56,479 nt of DNA from Octopus bimaculoides (GCF_001194135.2 NC_068983.1:70250074-70306552), one strand, 5' to 3'; shown: positions 38,036 through 51,677, counted from the first letter of the stretch. Numbers and translations are program-made. Notes: generated from the letters alone by a model not told the origin.

Positions 38036-38984
38036 GTAAGCCTCATAAATTAGAACTTGACTTATACCAGAAAATGTTTCACTATTCAATACCGTCATTT
38101 CTTTCAATTAGACACAAGGCACATTTCATAGAGCGAGAGAGACAAAAGCTACAAATAATAAACTTAATGCCAGCACACCAGTATATTACTATAACTTACT
38201 AGTGTTAAAGAATGATGAAAAGCAAAACAAGCCAAGATAAAATCAAAGACCATAAATCTAAGGCAACAATCTACATGTTATACAGCATGTGATTGACTCT
38301 CAAAACATTTGTGCTATCTTCTTCACCCTGTTATTCAATATAACAGTAAATTGTCATTCACACTTTCTTACAAATATGCTACAAAATATATATGGTATAC
38401 ATAAGAGTCGAATATTGCTTAGTAGTAAGTGGTAACTTTTAAAGAAGATTCTAATTTCAATTTTAATTTACAAACATTATGTGATTATTATTCGGTTTAC
38501 TTGATGTAAGCTTGAATTAAGAATAGAATTTGTTAAACAGAAAACAAAACAGACCAGTACTATAAGTAGTGATAGGCTGTCCCAGTAATTATCATCACTT
38601 AAACAAGTACTGCTAACAATGTATCAAGAAATTCATTGGCCATGATCTACTAGCAAATACATCAACCTCTAATTTTCAGTGGAAATGACATGTCAGTGAA
38701 ACAAAATAAGTTAGGGAAGGGACTTGGAGAAACCAACAAATAGGAGATTAAAGGCAAGTATGCTAAAGAAATAATATTCAGGAAAACTGACTTTCTCATT
38801 TAAAATTGCTCTATCTTTCAATATTGGCATATTTTCAAGTAAATATTAAATTCAATTCCTCAAATAGCTTCTAAGGAGTGAATTAAGTCCTTGAATTTTT
38901 TATATTCAAATTTTTCTACATGTGTGCAAACCTATACACACACATATGCATTACACACATACAACTGTGTGTGTGTGTCATCAT

Positions 38985-39365
38985 CATCATCATCATCATC
39001 GTTTAACGTCCGCTTTCCATGCTAGCATGGGTTGGACGATTTGACTGAGGACTGGTGAGACCAGATGGCTACACCAGGCCCCAATCTGATTTGGCAGAGT
39101 TTCTACAGCTGGATGCCCTTCCTAACGCCAACCACTCAGAGAGTGTAGTGGGTGCTTTTACGTGCCACCAGGACGAAGGCTAGTCAGGCGGTACTGGCAA
39201 CGGCCACGCTCAAAATGGTGTATTTTATGTGCCACCCGCACAAGAGCCAGTCCAGGGGCACTGGCAACGATCTCGCTCGAAAATCCTTACACATGTCACG
39301 GGCACAAGTGCCAGAAAGATGACGCTGGGCACAGGTGCCATCCTGATTTCGATTGCCCCAATTAC
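38985..39365 (-). mobile_element. 5'-truncated retroposon 3' UTR with (GAT)n tail
   Basis: Reverse complement of the family at 54140-54575 (ggaagggcatccagctgtagaaac...ggacgttaaacgatgatg). Relatively CpG-rich, suggesting a younger copy. Confidence 0.8.
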
Positions 39366-39701
39366 TATATACATATATACACAAGTTTATTTGCTAATAT
39401 TGTTCTAGTACATGACATAAATACAACCATTTGTTTAGAAATCCATATATTCTATTTCATACCAATACATACATTTGGAAAATTTATTTGTATTACTACA
39501 TAGATAATCATATGGGGCAGATGTACAGACTATAAGAGTCAAAGAGGACTGATAATAATTAATTAACATGACAGTAACAATTAATTTAATCCATCCTTAT
39601 TATACTGTTATATCATCATCATCATCATTATCATTTAGCATCTGTTGTCCCTGCTGGCATGGGTGGGACAGTTTGACCAGGCTGCGCCAACCCCCAGTCT
39701 G

Positions 39702-39769
<68 letters not shown>

Positions 39770-41766
39770 CTTTTTGTAAAACTTCTTGATACCATAACAA
39801 TATTAAAATCAAAATTCTCTTAAACCAAAAATTTTTAGTATCGTTAAAAACAGATTGACACAGACCTTATGGAAGGATGTTTTTGTATTAAGCACTTTTT
39901 CTGTTTTCACCTTTTCGATCACATGTGTTATAAGGTAATTCACATAGAAGTAGTTGTTTTAGCAGTAATGTCCACTATTTCTGGTTTAGTTTTGGATTTA
40001 GAATTTTTATAAAGTATTCTTCTTTTCAGGAATGCAGCATTTCTGTCATGTGGAGGTACCTGTATATGACATTTTTTCCTTTATTCTGAATTTCCCCAAA
40101 TGCACATGCAAATACACACACACACACATACACACACACACACACACAAACACACACCAGTTTGTTGCTGTTACAGATTTGATAAAGATTTTCTTGGTAT
40201 TCTTGGATATTTTGGATGTGAGTATTTTATGATAGTTTTGGAACTGAATGTAAATCCTAGAATATTTAACCTCCTTTTGTGTCTGTATCAGTTTGTTGTT
40301 TGTGTGAAGTGGTAATTTCTGTTGGGTATTATGCAAGGTCTTGAAGAATTTAGTGATTTTGATTCTGTTTTGATGTTTAAGTCATTCACAAATCCTGGAA
40401 CATAAGCAATAAAAATATTACATACAACATTGGATAAATCAAGGAACAAGGTGATACTATGAACTTTGAAAGTTCTAATCAACATACAATCACAGAATAT
40501 CCTATATTTCCATAATGTTGTATGTAGAGCACCTGGTGTTTTAAAATTCTTTTCATAAAAGTAACAGAAATTTAATACTAGCACCTTTCATAAATTTTAT
40601 ATATCATCTGGATTCTCTTTCTGTTCCTTTCCCAGAGCAGCCATCTTCAGTGACCTTGAATTTACAGAGAGTGGTATTCAGCATCTTGATGTTATATCAA
40701 CTACAAATATATAGACACAAGTATCATAGCTATGTGCTTTAGAACTTTGCTTTCTAACCACTCCAGTGCCATTGCATGTTGCTTTGGGCAAGTGTTTTCT
40801 ATAACTCGAAGCTAAACAAAGCCTTGGGAATGAACTTGGTACATAGGAACTGAAAAAAGCTCATTATGTATATGTGTATGCATATATATATATATGTGTG
40901 TGTGTGTGTGCGTGTGCAAGTGTTTCTGCAAGTTTGTTTACATTTGAATTTCTTCAGAAATTGTGAGGTGCAAGCAATGGCGTTGTTGTTGTTTCTCTTG
41001 CCATCACATCCCCCAATAGATTTACACATTCAAATATGTGTGAAGTAAGAGATCCTTTATTAGCAAAACAGGTGAGGATTAGCGTCAGGAAGGGCATCTG
41101 GTCCTAAAAAAAAAACTCTGCAATAATATATTTACTTAACCCGTGCTGGTATCGAAAAACAGAAGTAAAGTCAAACAGATGAACTACTAAAGAAAGAGAG
41201 ATACTGTATGAAGTCTAACCATAATGTGATGCAGTACAATACACTGAACTGGAAGTGTTTATGTCATGGACTAACAAACTATTCTCAAACTAACAAATCT
41301 ATTCTCTGATTATTTGTTTTCTTTTTTTTTTCTTTGTTTTTACTTACTCTGTTGCTTTTTCCTGATCACACATAATTATAACCAGTTAACCTTTTGATAT
41401 TCCTTACATAAGATATATTAATGTTAACATTAACTTTAATATTGTTTTTCATCGTGATGGTGCCTTTGGGTAATTTATTCTCTAATTCTAGTTTTCTTTG
41501 CAAAACAGTGCATAATATTGTACATTCTACCAATGTAGTTTGTGAAGGATTTTTCTTCATTTGTATGTGTCTTGTGTATGATTTTGGATTTGTTGGTCAT
41601 CTTGTATCTTCGTAAAGAGTGAATATCAGTTGTTTTAAAAACTTTTAGTTAATATTTATTTTAAGAGGTTGTTTCTGAGAAGATTGTACTTCGAGTTAAG
41701 CAAACTTTTTCAAAGACTCAGTTTTGTGAAATACTGCTTGTTACAACTGAAGACATTGACTTAGAC

Positions 41767-41830
41767 CAGTAGTTCTCAGCTGGGGTCCATATGGCCCATC
41801 GGTAAGGGGGGTTGATATAAGTTTTGTTGT
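41767..41830 (+). mobile_element. Possible hAT(Charlie)-like left terminus
   Basis: cagtagttctcagctggggtcc resembles CAGTGGTTCTCAAC-type TIRs. No matching right TIR found. Confidence 0.3.
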
Positions 41831-41902
41831 TAACATTTCTCTCCAATAAATTGGTCATACTTCTACAATACTCAAAATATTTTAATAATTATTTTTATAC
41901 AC

Positions 41903-42055
41903 AAGTGTGGCTGTGTGGTAAGAAGCTTGCTTTCCAACCAAATGGCTCCAGGTTCAGTCCCACTGTGTAGTACCGTGGGTAAGTGTCTTCTACTTGTAGC
42001 CTTGGGCCAACCAAAGCCTTGTGAGTGGATTTGTTTGCAAATGTGTGTGTGTATG

Positions 42056-42060
<5 letters not shown>
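41903..42060 (+). mobile_element. tRNA-derived SINE 5' part
   Basis: gtgtggctgtgtggtaagaagcttgcttcccaacc-like head, ggttcagtcccactg B-box region, and aagtgtcttctac...gccttgtgagtggatttg core. Confidence 0.75.
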
Positions 42061-42105
<45 letters not shown>

Positions 42106-42111
42106 ATCAAT

Positions 42112-42623
42112 GTTAATTCTCTAAATGAAGTATTAACAGTAACTGCACGATAAAGTGTAGTATATTGCCACTTAAGTGTGGCTGACCCCTAGGGGTGGAT
42201 GTTACTGTTGCTTTTAGCCCCAGGAGGACATCTCCTCCAGCTGGCTTATCGACACACGACTGTGTCCTGTTTGCCAAGGGTAGTTATCCCTCTCACCAAC
42301 ATCTGCAGCACGAACGGATCCGGATTTCAGGGTTATTTCCCTTCGTCGGCGTCCGATAGCCGNNNNNNNNNNGTTAATTCTCTAAATGAAGTATTAACAG
42401 TAACTGGACGATAAAGTGTAGTATATTGCCACTTAAGTGTGGCTGACCCCTAGGGGTGGATGTTACTGTTGCTTTTAGCCCCAGGAGGACATCTCCTCCA
42501 GCTGGCTTATCGACACACGACTGTGTCCTGTTTGCCAAGGGTAGTTATCCCTCTCACCAACATCTGCAGCACGAACGGATCCGGATTTCAGGGTTATTTC
42601 CCTTCGTCGGCGTCCGATAGCCG
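42112..42623. repeat. 251-bp direct duplication across a 10-N gap (42112-42362 and 42373-42623)
   Basis: The copies are identical except for one base that I noticed (actgcacg versus actggacg). Likely an unmerged contig overlap. Confidence 0.85.
42311..42355 (-). ncRNA. Type I hammerhead-like motif (second family), U4C core variant; duplicate at 42572-42616
   Basis: Minus strand reads CGGACG CCGACGA AGGG aaataa CCCT GAAA TCCGGA TC CGTTCG. Stem I is 6 bp, stem II is 4 bp, stem III is the palindrome AUCCGGAU, and the cleavage triplet is AUC. The core deviates at position 4. Confidence 0.6.
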
Positions 42624-43419
42624 CTGACCTTGGTGAGAGAGACAAAAACCTGGCAATCTTATATCTTCTTTTCAAGTGAAATTCTTCACTGATATATATA
42701 TATATATAACTGCATCTTTCTCTTCCTCACATTTCCTCTTCATAAATTATTATTGTTTTCCAATCTTCTTTCTTGATCCTCACTGCCCTACTTACTGTGT
42801 TGCTGCTCCCCACACCCCAACACCCACATCCACACCCTATTTTTCTACTCGGGTTCTATGCTCATGTTCTTGTTACTTCTGAGTATACCCTCACACTACA
42901 CCATCTCTCTCTGCTCGTTCTTCCACTTTTGCTGTTTCTTACTCTCTCTCTCTCTTTTGCCTTTGGTCACTCTCTCTCTCTCTTTTGCCTTTGGTCACTC
43001 TCTCTCTCTCTTTTGCCTTTGGTCACTCTCTCTCTCCTTTTGTTTTTTCTCTGACTAGGTATTTAAGTATCTCCTTTACATCAGCACACTTGTTTCTGGC
43101 CTCTTTCTTGTACTTCTCTCTCACTCTCTATCACTTTTCCCTTTCTCTCTCCCTCTCTGTCTGTCTGTCTCTCTCTCTTTCTCTCACTGAGTAACCATGT
43201 ACCCCCTCTATAGCAAGACACTTATTTCTGTCTTGCTATTTCTCTGTTACACTCTAACCTTTCACCATCTCATATTGGATCACCTCCACTAATGCTCCCT
43301 CTATTATGGCAAGACACCTGCTTCTGTCTCTCTGTCTCTTTGTCACATTCTAACCTTTCATCTTCTGACACAAGTTCCCCTCCTCAAATGCCCTGCCCTT
43401 CTCACAATCCCTTGTCTTG

Positions 43420-43965
43420 CGAGTTACTTGGTTACCCTGCCAGTGCTGGTGCCACATTAAAAGCATCTAGTTCACACTATAACGTGGTTGGCATTTGGAA
43501 GGGCATCCAGCTGTAAAAATCATGCCAAAACTAACCTCGCCTGTGCTAGTGCCACGTAAAAAGCACTGAATCCACTCTGTAGCGTGGTTAGTGTTAGGAA
43601 GGGCATCCAGCCATAAAATCTTAGGGTAGTTTTCCAACCTGACCGGCTCCTGTCAACCAGCCTACCCATGTATGAAAAGAAGATGAATGTTAAACGATGA
43701 TAATGATGATGATGATATGTATATATCTATGTGTGTGTGTCTTTGTGCCTGTTTATCCCCACCTCAACACTTGACAACTGGTGTTGGTGTGTTTATGCCA
43801 CCACAACTTAGCAATTTGGCGAAAGAGATTGATAGAATAAGTACTAGGCTACTAGGCTTAACAAAAAATAAGTCCTGGGCTTGATTCATTGGACAAAAAT
43901 CCTGCAAGGTAGTGCTCCAGCATGGCCACAGTCAAATGATTGAAACAAGTAAATGAATAAAAGAA
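43420..43965 (+). mobile_element. Retroposon 3' UTR (to about 43710) followed by a SINE tail
   Basis: Two gtgccac...aaaagca...ggaagggcatccagc units and a (GAT)n tail, then ttgacaactggtgttggtgtgttta...gaaacaagtaaa. Confidence 0.7.
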
Positions 43966-45381
43966 TTCCTAATAATATTTAATTATCAAAATATTATAGG
44001 ATTTTTTTTTTAGCATCAAATGGCTAGGAGGGTTCACTCAAGAAAAATTGGAATCAATGGAGTTCATTGGTAAAATCTAGATCAATTGAGAAAGACTCAT
44101 CTAGATTTTGCAAATTTACTGTGGAAGTGTGCTAATTCTTTGATTTTACAGTTACTTTTAATTTGATATCTTAAAGATAAGATTTCAAACCATATGAAGG
44201 TTAATTTACATTTACACCAACCTCGATTCTTTAAAACTGAATGCTGTGAAACTTTACAAACTGCTTATTACTTTACAAAGTAATTTGCAGTTTGAACTGT
44301 TTAAAATTGTCTTTGAAATGAAGCTGTTTTAAATACGATAATTTTTAACATTGGAATTGCTAATATAGTTATTACTGATAGCATATTCTAAGTGGTAACA
44401 GACCCGACAAAGAGTGTCAAGTTCCTGGTTTCTCCCTCAAATGCTAGGCATAAAAAGAAGCAGATAGTTGACCTAGTTTTGACAAAGTTTATGACCCCTC
44501 AACCATCTGCTAGCATACATTGTTCTCTACAAAAATCTATTTTAAAACAGATGGTCTGTTCTTTAGCATCTTTTACTTTATGACACTCCAATCAATAATC
44601 TTTTTGATCTTAGACCTATATTTTGAGCATTTAGTTCTAATAATGCATAAAAATGTTTTCGTATAGGAAAACATCATCATCATCATCAAAAATGTTTATG
44701 CTGACTTAGGTTGAATGAGTTTCACAGCATCCTGACATTGCATCATCTGTTACACAAGAAAACATAGATCCTAACTAAATTTATTGTTGTATAATGTCTA
44801 ATAGTGCAACCGTTTGTGTTTTCTCATACCAGCCAACACAAGAAAGATTATCTGCAGCTCAACTAAGAAGATTTTTTTTCTATTATGTATCTATTCTTGT
44901 TTTTTAGTTACTTACATAGGTACTCTGTCATGCGACATGTGGACTTCATTTCTTATTCACACATTCCATATTTACATAAACTGGTAGAGTCTAGAGATCC
45001 CTTCAGCTATTTTGGAAATCAGCTGCATTCTCATACAAGCTCAGTTAACTTGATTTATTCACTGAGAAGAGAGAGTGAGTCTTAGGTGGCATATGACTAA
45101 AGTCACCTCCATTGATCATGTTAACGTTAAACATCTTATTTTTGTTTCCTTATTGTTTTATCACTTCCTTTCATTTTTGTCACATTTGATGACACTCACA
45201 CACAAGTGTTAAACTGAGGTTATCATTTTAAAGCAAGTTTAAGAAAAATAACAGAACATTTACTGATGGAGGATTCTATATTGAAAGTTGAGTAAAATTT
45301 ATGGCAGTGTTTGGGTAGACTGGGGTATTATATATATATATATATATGTATGTGTGTTTGTTTGTGTGTGTATTTATGTGT

Positions 45382-45434
<53 letters not shown>

Positions 45435-48400
45435 TCGCACACACGCACACATATAAACTATGTATATATTGAGAGAGAAAGAGAGAGAGAGAGAGAGAAC
45501 AGTAGGTGTTTTAGAGTAAGAGAGAGTAGAGAATATGTAATTCCCAGCATCAGAATATTAAGCTTTAAAAAATTTTAGACACACTACATTTTTGAAAATA
45601 TTAATTATTCTTTTAACAGATATATACATGGAAGGTCGTTTATATCAATGTAGAAAAATCAATATTAATTTATGTGATGTTTCCGATGAAAAGGCTTTGC
45701 CCATAGCTTATGGTGGCTTTCCTTAAGCAGAGACTTCAAATATGATTGCAGCAAATAAGGTTTTGTTTGAACATTAAATGTTGGTAATTGGAAGCAAGAT
45801 ATAGAGAGAATTGGCTATGAGGAAATTTTGTTTGATGTTGGATTAGGTATAAACATGGCGTTATATGAAGAGGTAGAAATAGAAGTGCAGTATTTAGTTT
45901 TGAGTGATGTTGGATAGAGCCAACAGATGGTGAGGAGCAGAAAACGTTGTGTAAATAGTAGACAAGGTAAAGAAAAGATTAATATTTTAACTGATCAAAC
46001 AATTAGGATGCTAGTGAAGTTTATCAATCAATTCATGGATTTAGTTGAAGATGCTTGTGAGTTGATGACTATAGTAATGAAATATCCCACCAAACTAATT
46101 ATTTCCTTTGATCACAAACTAATTCACATTTCATAAATCATCTTCACTCCATTACTGATACTTATGTTATTGAATTCCAAATAAAAAGGTCAACCAAAGA
46201 AGAATTTTGACTCAGGAGACATCAATCCATTTCTATAATGCTTGTAGCTAATTCTCTCTTTTTTTTTTTTTTTGTATCTCTTAAATAATATTTCAACATC
46301 ATTTTTGTCTGTTTCATGTCTATTTTCTATTTCATTTATTTATATTATCCATGATATAATTTCAGGTGCCTTGCTTTACAAAGGTAAAATATATCAGCCA
46401 TATTATTTTGTTGATCTAAAAAGAAATAATAATAAAGCGACCAAACTATTGCCAACATGGATTGATATTAGTTCTACTGGTTAGGAACAACCAAGTAATA
46501 TAATGAAGTAATCATGACAAAAAATATTATGTATCCTCCTTGAAACAGAAACTCATTCCATGTCCATTTTAATAGCTATTTTTTCACTTACTTTATACCT
46601 TTACATTCCCAGACACTTAGACAAACCTTCTAATCCATACAGCTTTTGGAAAAACAGATGTTAACACATCAAAGTGACTACTAATAACAGTGATAATGAT
46701 TTTTCTTTCAGAATATTTTCATTATATGAAATATTTTTTCTTACAAATGTTTATTGTGAAAGCTAATTTCCTTGTCAATATATTGATTCTAAACAGATTT
46801 TGTGCACTCAGTCGACAAACCTATGTAACATGCCTTCCACTGTACTACTAATTCATTTTGAACTGAATTTAGACAAGCCATTTGTTATCATTTTTGTCTT
46901 TGTTTTTCCTTTCTTTTTAAATGCATTTGATGTTGACATTGGTTTCACTTGATGTTTGTAGTGGCACAAAACATATTTTGATACAGAAATTCTATGGTGA
47001 CTGAATATATGTTTGGAAAAGTCTAAAGTAACAACTAATGTTACCAATTCTATATGAGAATGTATTTGTTTAGATTTCCTTCTAAAATATAACATTGACT
47101 TCAGAAAGTGAATGATTGCCTCAAATATCATATTTCTATTGTTAAACTGGCTAACTGAAACTGAAGGTTTTGCTTGAGTATCAATAAACCTAAAATCAAT
47201 GATTTCTTCATAACATTTTTGCTTCTGATTTCTGTTCTTCTCTCAATGTTTTAAAAATCTTTACATCTTTCGAAAAGTTTATTCCTTAGCTAATACTTGC
47301 ATTTCAGCTTGTTTTTCATACTCCGTAATTGTCATTATCATTATAATAATGATCAACCTCGTTGTTGACACTGGTGCTCTCTTCATTATTACTATCCTCT
47401 TCACCACCACCACCATCACCACCTTTGTTACCACTGCCACCACCACCATCATCATATCATCATTAACATTATATTAATACTTAAATTTACAATGCTGTTG
47501 TATCTAGATCATAAATACAAACATACAAGTGGTAAGCTCTCTTTTGTTTCAAGTCATAACTCCAGAATGTATATACTCAAAAATTCTTAAAAGTATTACC
47601 CACCTTGAGATCTAGAACTCATCAGCTGCATAGATTTTAGATATTCTTTTCGTAAATTTGACTTGATCTTTACAAATTAGCATATCCAACAAATATAATG
47701 AACATAATTAACCCCAACCCAAAAGAAAAGTAAATAAAATAAGGAAAAAAAAATAATAAGTAGCAAAGTCAGTTACTGACTAATATTATTTTCATTTTGG
47801 GATGGATGAGGAGGGAAATAGGGGAGAAAACTTCAAACCTGCTTTGGTGTTATTTTAACCTCATCAGCAAAACCTTGCTGAAACAATAATGAAAGAATCA
47901 CTAAGTAAATTGGCTGATGAAAGAAAATAGAATTCTTTAAATATACTAATACCAAATTAACTATTGTTTTTCTAGTAGATGGATTAAATAATTACAAGAA
48001 GTTTTGCTAACATTCTTATTATTTCACTATTGTAAGAAATTAGGTTAACTATTTATTTAACCATTCATTTAAAAGGTTCAGTTGAAAATCAAACAGTCTG
48101 CATAACAGAATATTTCTTAAAGTAATTATTAAGTTTGAAAAAAATATGCATGGCACTCATAACATTAACTGGTCTTGTAAAACTGGGATGGTAGATATAA
48201 CTGATTTTCTACATATAACATATGAGCGCTGAATCTCCATAGCAAAAATGTAAGGATAAAAAGGGTCCTATAGAATTGTGGCTTTGGGGAGGAAGGTTTG
48301 AGTGAAGTGCTTTGAAGAAGGTACTAATGCTGTTTAAAGTGAGATCAACCCTGATTCAAATTATGTATCACTAAAGGTATTTCAGCTGTGTGAATATGCA

Positions 48401-48804
48401 TAGTCTAGTAGTTAGAATATTTAGCTTGTGATTTTAAGGTCTTAGGATCAATTCCTTGAGCAGAAAGCAGATTGTGTTCTTGAGCAAAGCTATTTAATTT
48501 AGTGCATGCACACAAACACACACACACACACACACACACATTCTGTGACTGTGTGTGTGTGTGTGTGAGCGCATGCCTGTGTGTATACACTGGTAGATTC
48601 GAAGGTTTCGTTTATTTACAACTTGATTTGTTAATTTCACCGGAGTATAGATACTTATAATGGTGATACTTATAAAAAAAAAAAAAATTAATTCAGTTCA
48701 ATTAAAAAGCATGGGTAAGCAACGCATTGTAATCTACACTATAATTTGTTAAAAAATTTATCTGCACACAGGATATGCATCACCCTTTCCATGCCCTTTT
48801 TTTC

Positions 48805-49105
48805 ATTATTATTGATTTGGCTCAGGTTCATTCTTATTCCTGGTAGAATTTATGTTGGTAGCAGGTTACTACCTGTAACCTTAGGTATCCAAAATCTTTC
48901 ACTAGTCTTTCAAAGTGCTTAAAACCCTCCTGACAATACTTCCTGTGCCTAAGAGGCAAACTTTCTTTAGAAGCTCTACAGGACTTTCTAATCCAATCTC
49001 TGTCAACCATTTTTCTATATCATTAGTCTCAGTTCTCAATGCACCAATTATTACAGGCACAACCTTTACAGTTTCCATACTCCAAATTCTTGCAATTTCA
49101 AAATT
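48805..49105 (-). pseudogene. R4/Dong-like retrotransposon 3' end
   Basis: The minus frame reads FEIARIWSMETVKVVPVIIGALRTETNDIEKWLTEIGLESPVELLKKVCLLGTGSIVRRVLSTLKD* (stop at 48902-48904). A short 3' UTR ends in aataataat, and TAA-rich sequence lies on the other side. Confidence 0.85.
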
Positions 49106-49494
49106 TTAAGGAATTGTATTATTATTTTAAAGGGATTATATCATTTTTATTATTATTATTAATATTACATTCATACATCCATTACAAATAGACGCAAAGC
49201 ACTCATACATAGAAATCAATTGGAGTGACACATCTCCTCTTCCTCCTCCTCTTCCTCCTCCTCCTCATCATCATCATCATTGAGATTAGTCATTAATTTA
49301 ATATTATCAGTTAGTTTACCTGATTATGGAACTTTGATAATGGTTACTGTGTCTAGAATTCTGTTACTAGAATTCAAAACTAAATATTCCTATAATCTTT
49401 CACTCCAGCAATGAATAACAACACCTAAGACTATGGCAAGTAATGATATAAAAATAAACTTCACCATAATAATTTAACATCAACACAAAAACAG

Positions 49495-49533
<39 letters not shown>

Positions 49534-50291
49534 CAGTGTCATTAATAACATTGTACAAGAAATCACTGATTACAATAGATTTATATATAAATGTTGGTGC
49601 TAGGGTAAACCCCAAAATTTCCTTCATTTATTTAAAATTATTTGTATTAGAAATGTTATTATAATAGTTGATATTCTTTCATTGAATAATTTCAATTACT
49701 TTACCTCATGATGAAGTCTTGATATACTCAACAAAACTACTAGTGACTGCAAGTAATTCATCCTCCTCCTTTAAATGACAATGTATAACAGCCACAAAAT
49801 ATTTAAAACTTTCTCATACAGTCATACTCTCTCATTTTAAATTAATAATAACACGATAATAACTCAGTAATAATTCCACTTACGCAGTAATACTAAAAGT
49901 AATTCTTAATTGCAAACAAAATATAACACCTGTGTCAAACAATGGCTAGAACAACAATGTGAAAGACACCAGCAATAATAATAACAGACACAAAGATGCT
50001 TGTGTGGTATTTTAATGTAGACCAGAAGTAACAAAGCAGTGAATAGACATCAAGATAGCAACAGGAAGTGGACACCGCAGTGAATGAGAGTTTATTGCTT
50101 GATTTTAGTCAGAAGGGCTGTTGATGAAGTATTAAACTGCTTCAAAACCTTCAACTTTCGTGCCCAGATAATAAATTTACATTTATGAATAGTAACTATA
50201 CGATTGGTTTTGTGAGTAAATGCCTAAGTGACAATTTGGAGAAGCAAAGGTTTTAAGAAAAAACAGACGAGTAGGTAACTTGCACATTACA

Positions 50292-50485
50292 CAGGGTGTT
50301 CAAAAAGTCTGTCCGCAGTAAGTATTTTATTGCAAAATAAATATTTATAAGATAGTATAAGACTACAAAAGAATATATTAGACTTTACAAGACTTTAAAA
50401 AACTTTATAAGAGGTGTTGAAAGTGTCATCCTTCATTTTCAATACTTAAGTCGACTCTTCTACACATGTCTTAAAATACATCTTG
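50292..50485 (-). mobile_element. Tc1/mariner-family element 3' end, running into a gap
   Basis: Terminus cagggtgttcaaaaagtc. The minus frame DVF*DMCRRVDLSIENEG*HFQHLL* matches the C-terminal (C)I..EG.HF.HLL motif. Confidence 0.7.
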
Positions 50486-50551
50486 NNNNNNNNNNNNNNN
50501 NNNNNNNNNNNNNNNNNNNNNNNNNNNNNNNNNNNNNNNNNNNNNNNNNNN

Positions 50552-50769
50552 TAAATGGAGCAAAACGCATATAATCAATAAGTTCCTTTAATTCCTACAT
50601 ATGTTTCAAAATATATGTGCACCCTACTCCAAAGAAGTAAGAGGTGCTGGAATTGCACATAAATTCATCGTCAGGGAACCAACATACCAAAGAGTAGAGT
50701 GCACATATATTTTGAAATATATGTAGGAATTAAAGGAACTTATTGATTATATGCGTTTTGCTCCATTTA
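50552..50769. repeat. Fold-back/MITE-like element with inverted arms of about 77 bp
   Basis: taaatggagcaaaacgcatataatc...gtgcaccctact and agtagagtgcac...gcgttttgctccattta, with about 2 mismatches. Followed by tattattatt; the left flank is in a gap. Confidence 0.85.
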
Positions 50770-51385
50770 TTATTATTCTTCATATCTACTCAAAATACAT
50801 CACTTTAACTTGAAAGCAGACGTTAAACGATGATGATGATGATGATGATAACATATATGTACATATATACATATATATCTATATGCATATATGGGTACAG
50901 AACATCACAAAACGTAATCAACATGAAATACAAAGACAAACTTTGGTATGCTAACAACGAGAGAAACAAATGGAAAACAAGACAAGTACCATAAAAAAAG
51001 CCCCCACCCTTCGTCAGTTGTAGGGTGTCCATCTACTCCTCATTTGGAGCAAATAATGACAATATGAGGCTTCGAAAAGGCAGTTGTTATTGCAGACAAA
51101 AATGAAATTTGGGATTTGCGGAGGGTCAAAGTTGGTAACATAAACAGGACAACAAACCAAATGAAAGCAAACATGGAGGGCTGTTTTGCCAGTCGAGGTA
51201 AGGTAGCGAGCACTGGAGGAATATTGTCTTTGACAAGAGAAAAGATAGGAGAGGAGACAGATAAGAATGCATCTGGTCTGTAAGACAGACTGAAAGAAAA
51301 GAAGATGATCATGTGTAAGCAACGAGAGAGAGAGAGAGAGAGTAAAGGAGAAAGAGGGAGAGACATAGAAAATAGTGAAGTGGAG

Positions 51386-51572
51386 GAAAAAAGAATTAGA
51401 GAAAGGATGAGAGAGAAAAAACGAAAGGGGGAGAAAAAAGAATTAGAGAAAGGATGAGAGAGAAAAAAACGAAAGGGGGAGAAAAAAGAATTAGAGAAAG
51501 GATGAGAGAGAAAAAACGAAAGGGGGAGAAAAAGAATTAGAGAAAGGAAGAAAGAAAAAATGAAAGGGGGGA
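51386..51572 (+). repeat. Purine-rich minisatellite, unit about 47 bp, about 4 copies
   Basis: Units gaaaaaagaattagagaaaggatgagagagaaaaaacgaaaggggga start at 51386, 51433, 51481 and 51528. Confidence 0.9.
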
Positions 51573-51677
51573 GAGAGAGAACAGTATAGGGTAGAGTCAC
51601 ATCAAAATTATTAAGATGAACTTACTTGGAAATGGATGTGTGGTGTTCAATCATATAATAATATAAATAAAATAATA

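Noticed and set aside
44013-44068. Candidate 56-bp phase 0 to 2 exon (HQMARRVHSRKIGINGVH) as the GGL-start exon
   Set aside because: No similarity to the expected L.R.R.K.SKV motif, and the donor (gtaaaa) is weak.
45620-45726. Acceptor ttttaacag followed by short open frames
   Set aside because: No RGS/GGL homology, and the frames end in stops.
50990-51050. Minus-strand CTGACGA-AGGG with an upstream CAAA, a possible permuted hammerhead
   Set aside because: Stems I and III cannot be formed and GAAA is absent.
51040-51600. Longest ORF in the track (186 aa)
   Set aside because: Product of the antisense of the purine minisatellite and (GA)n.
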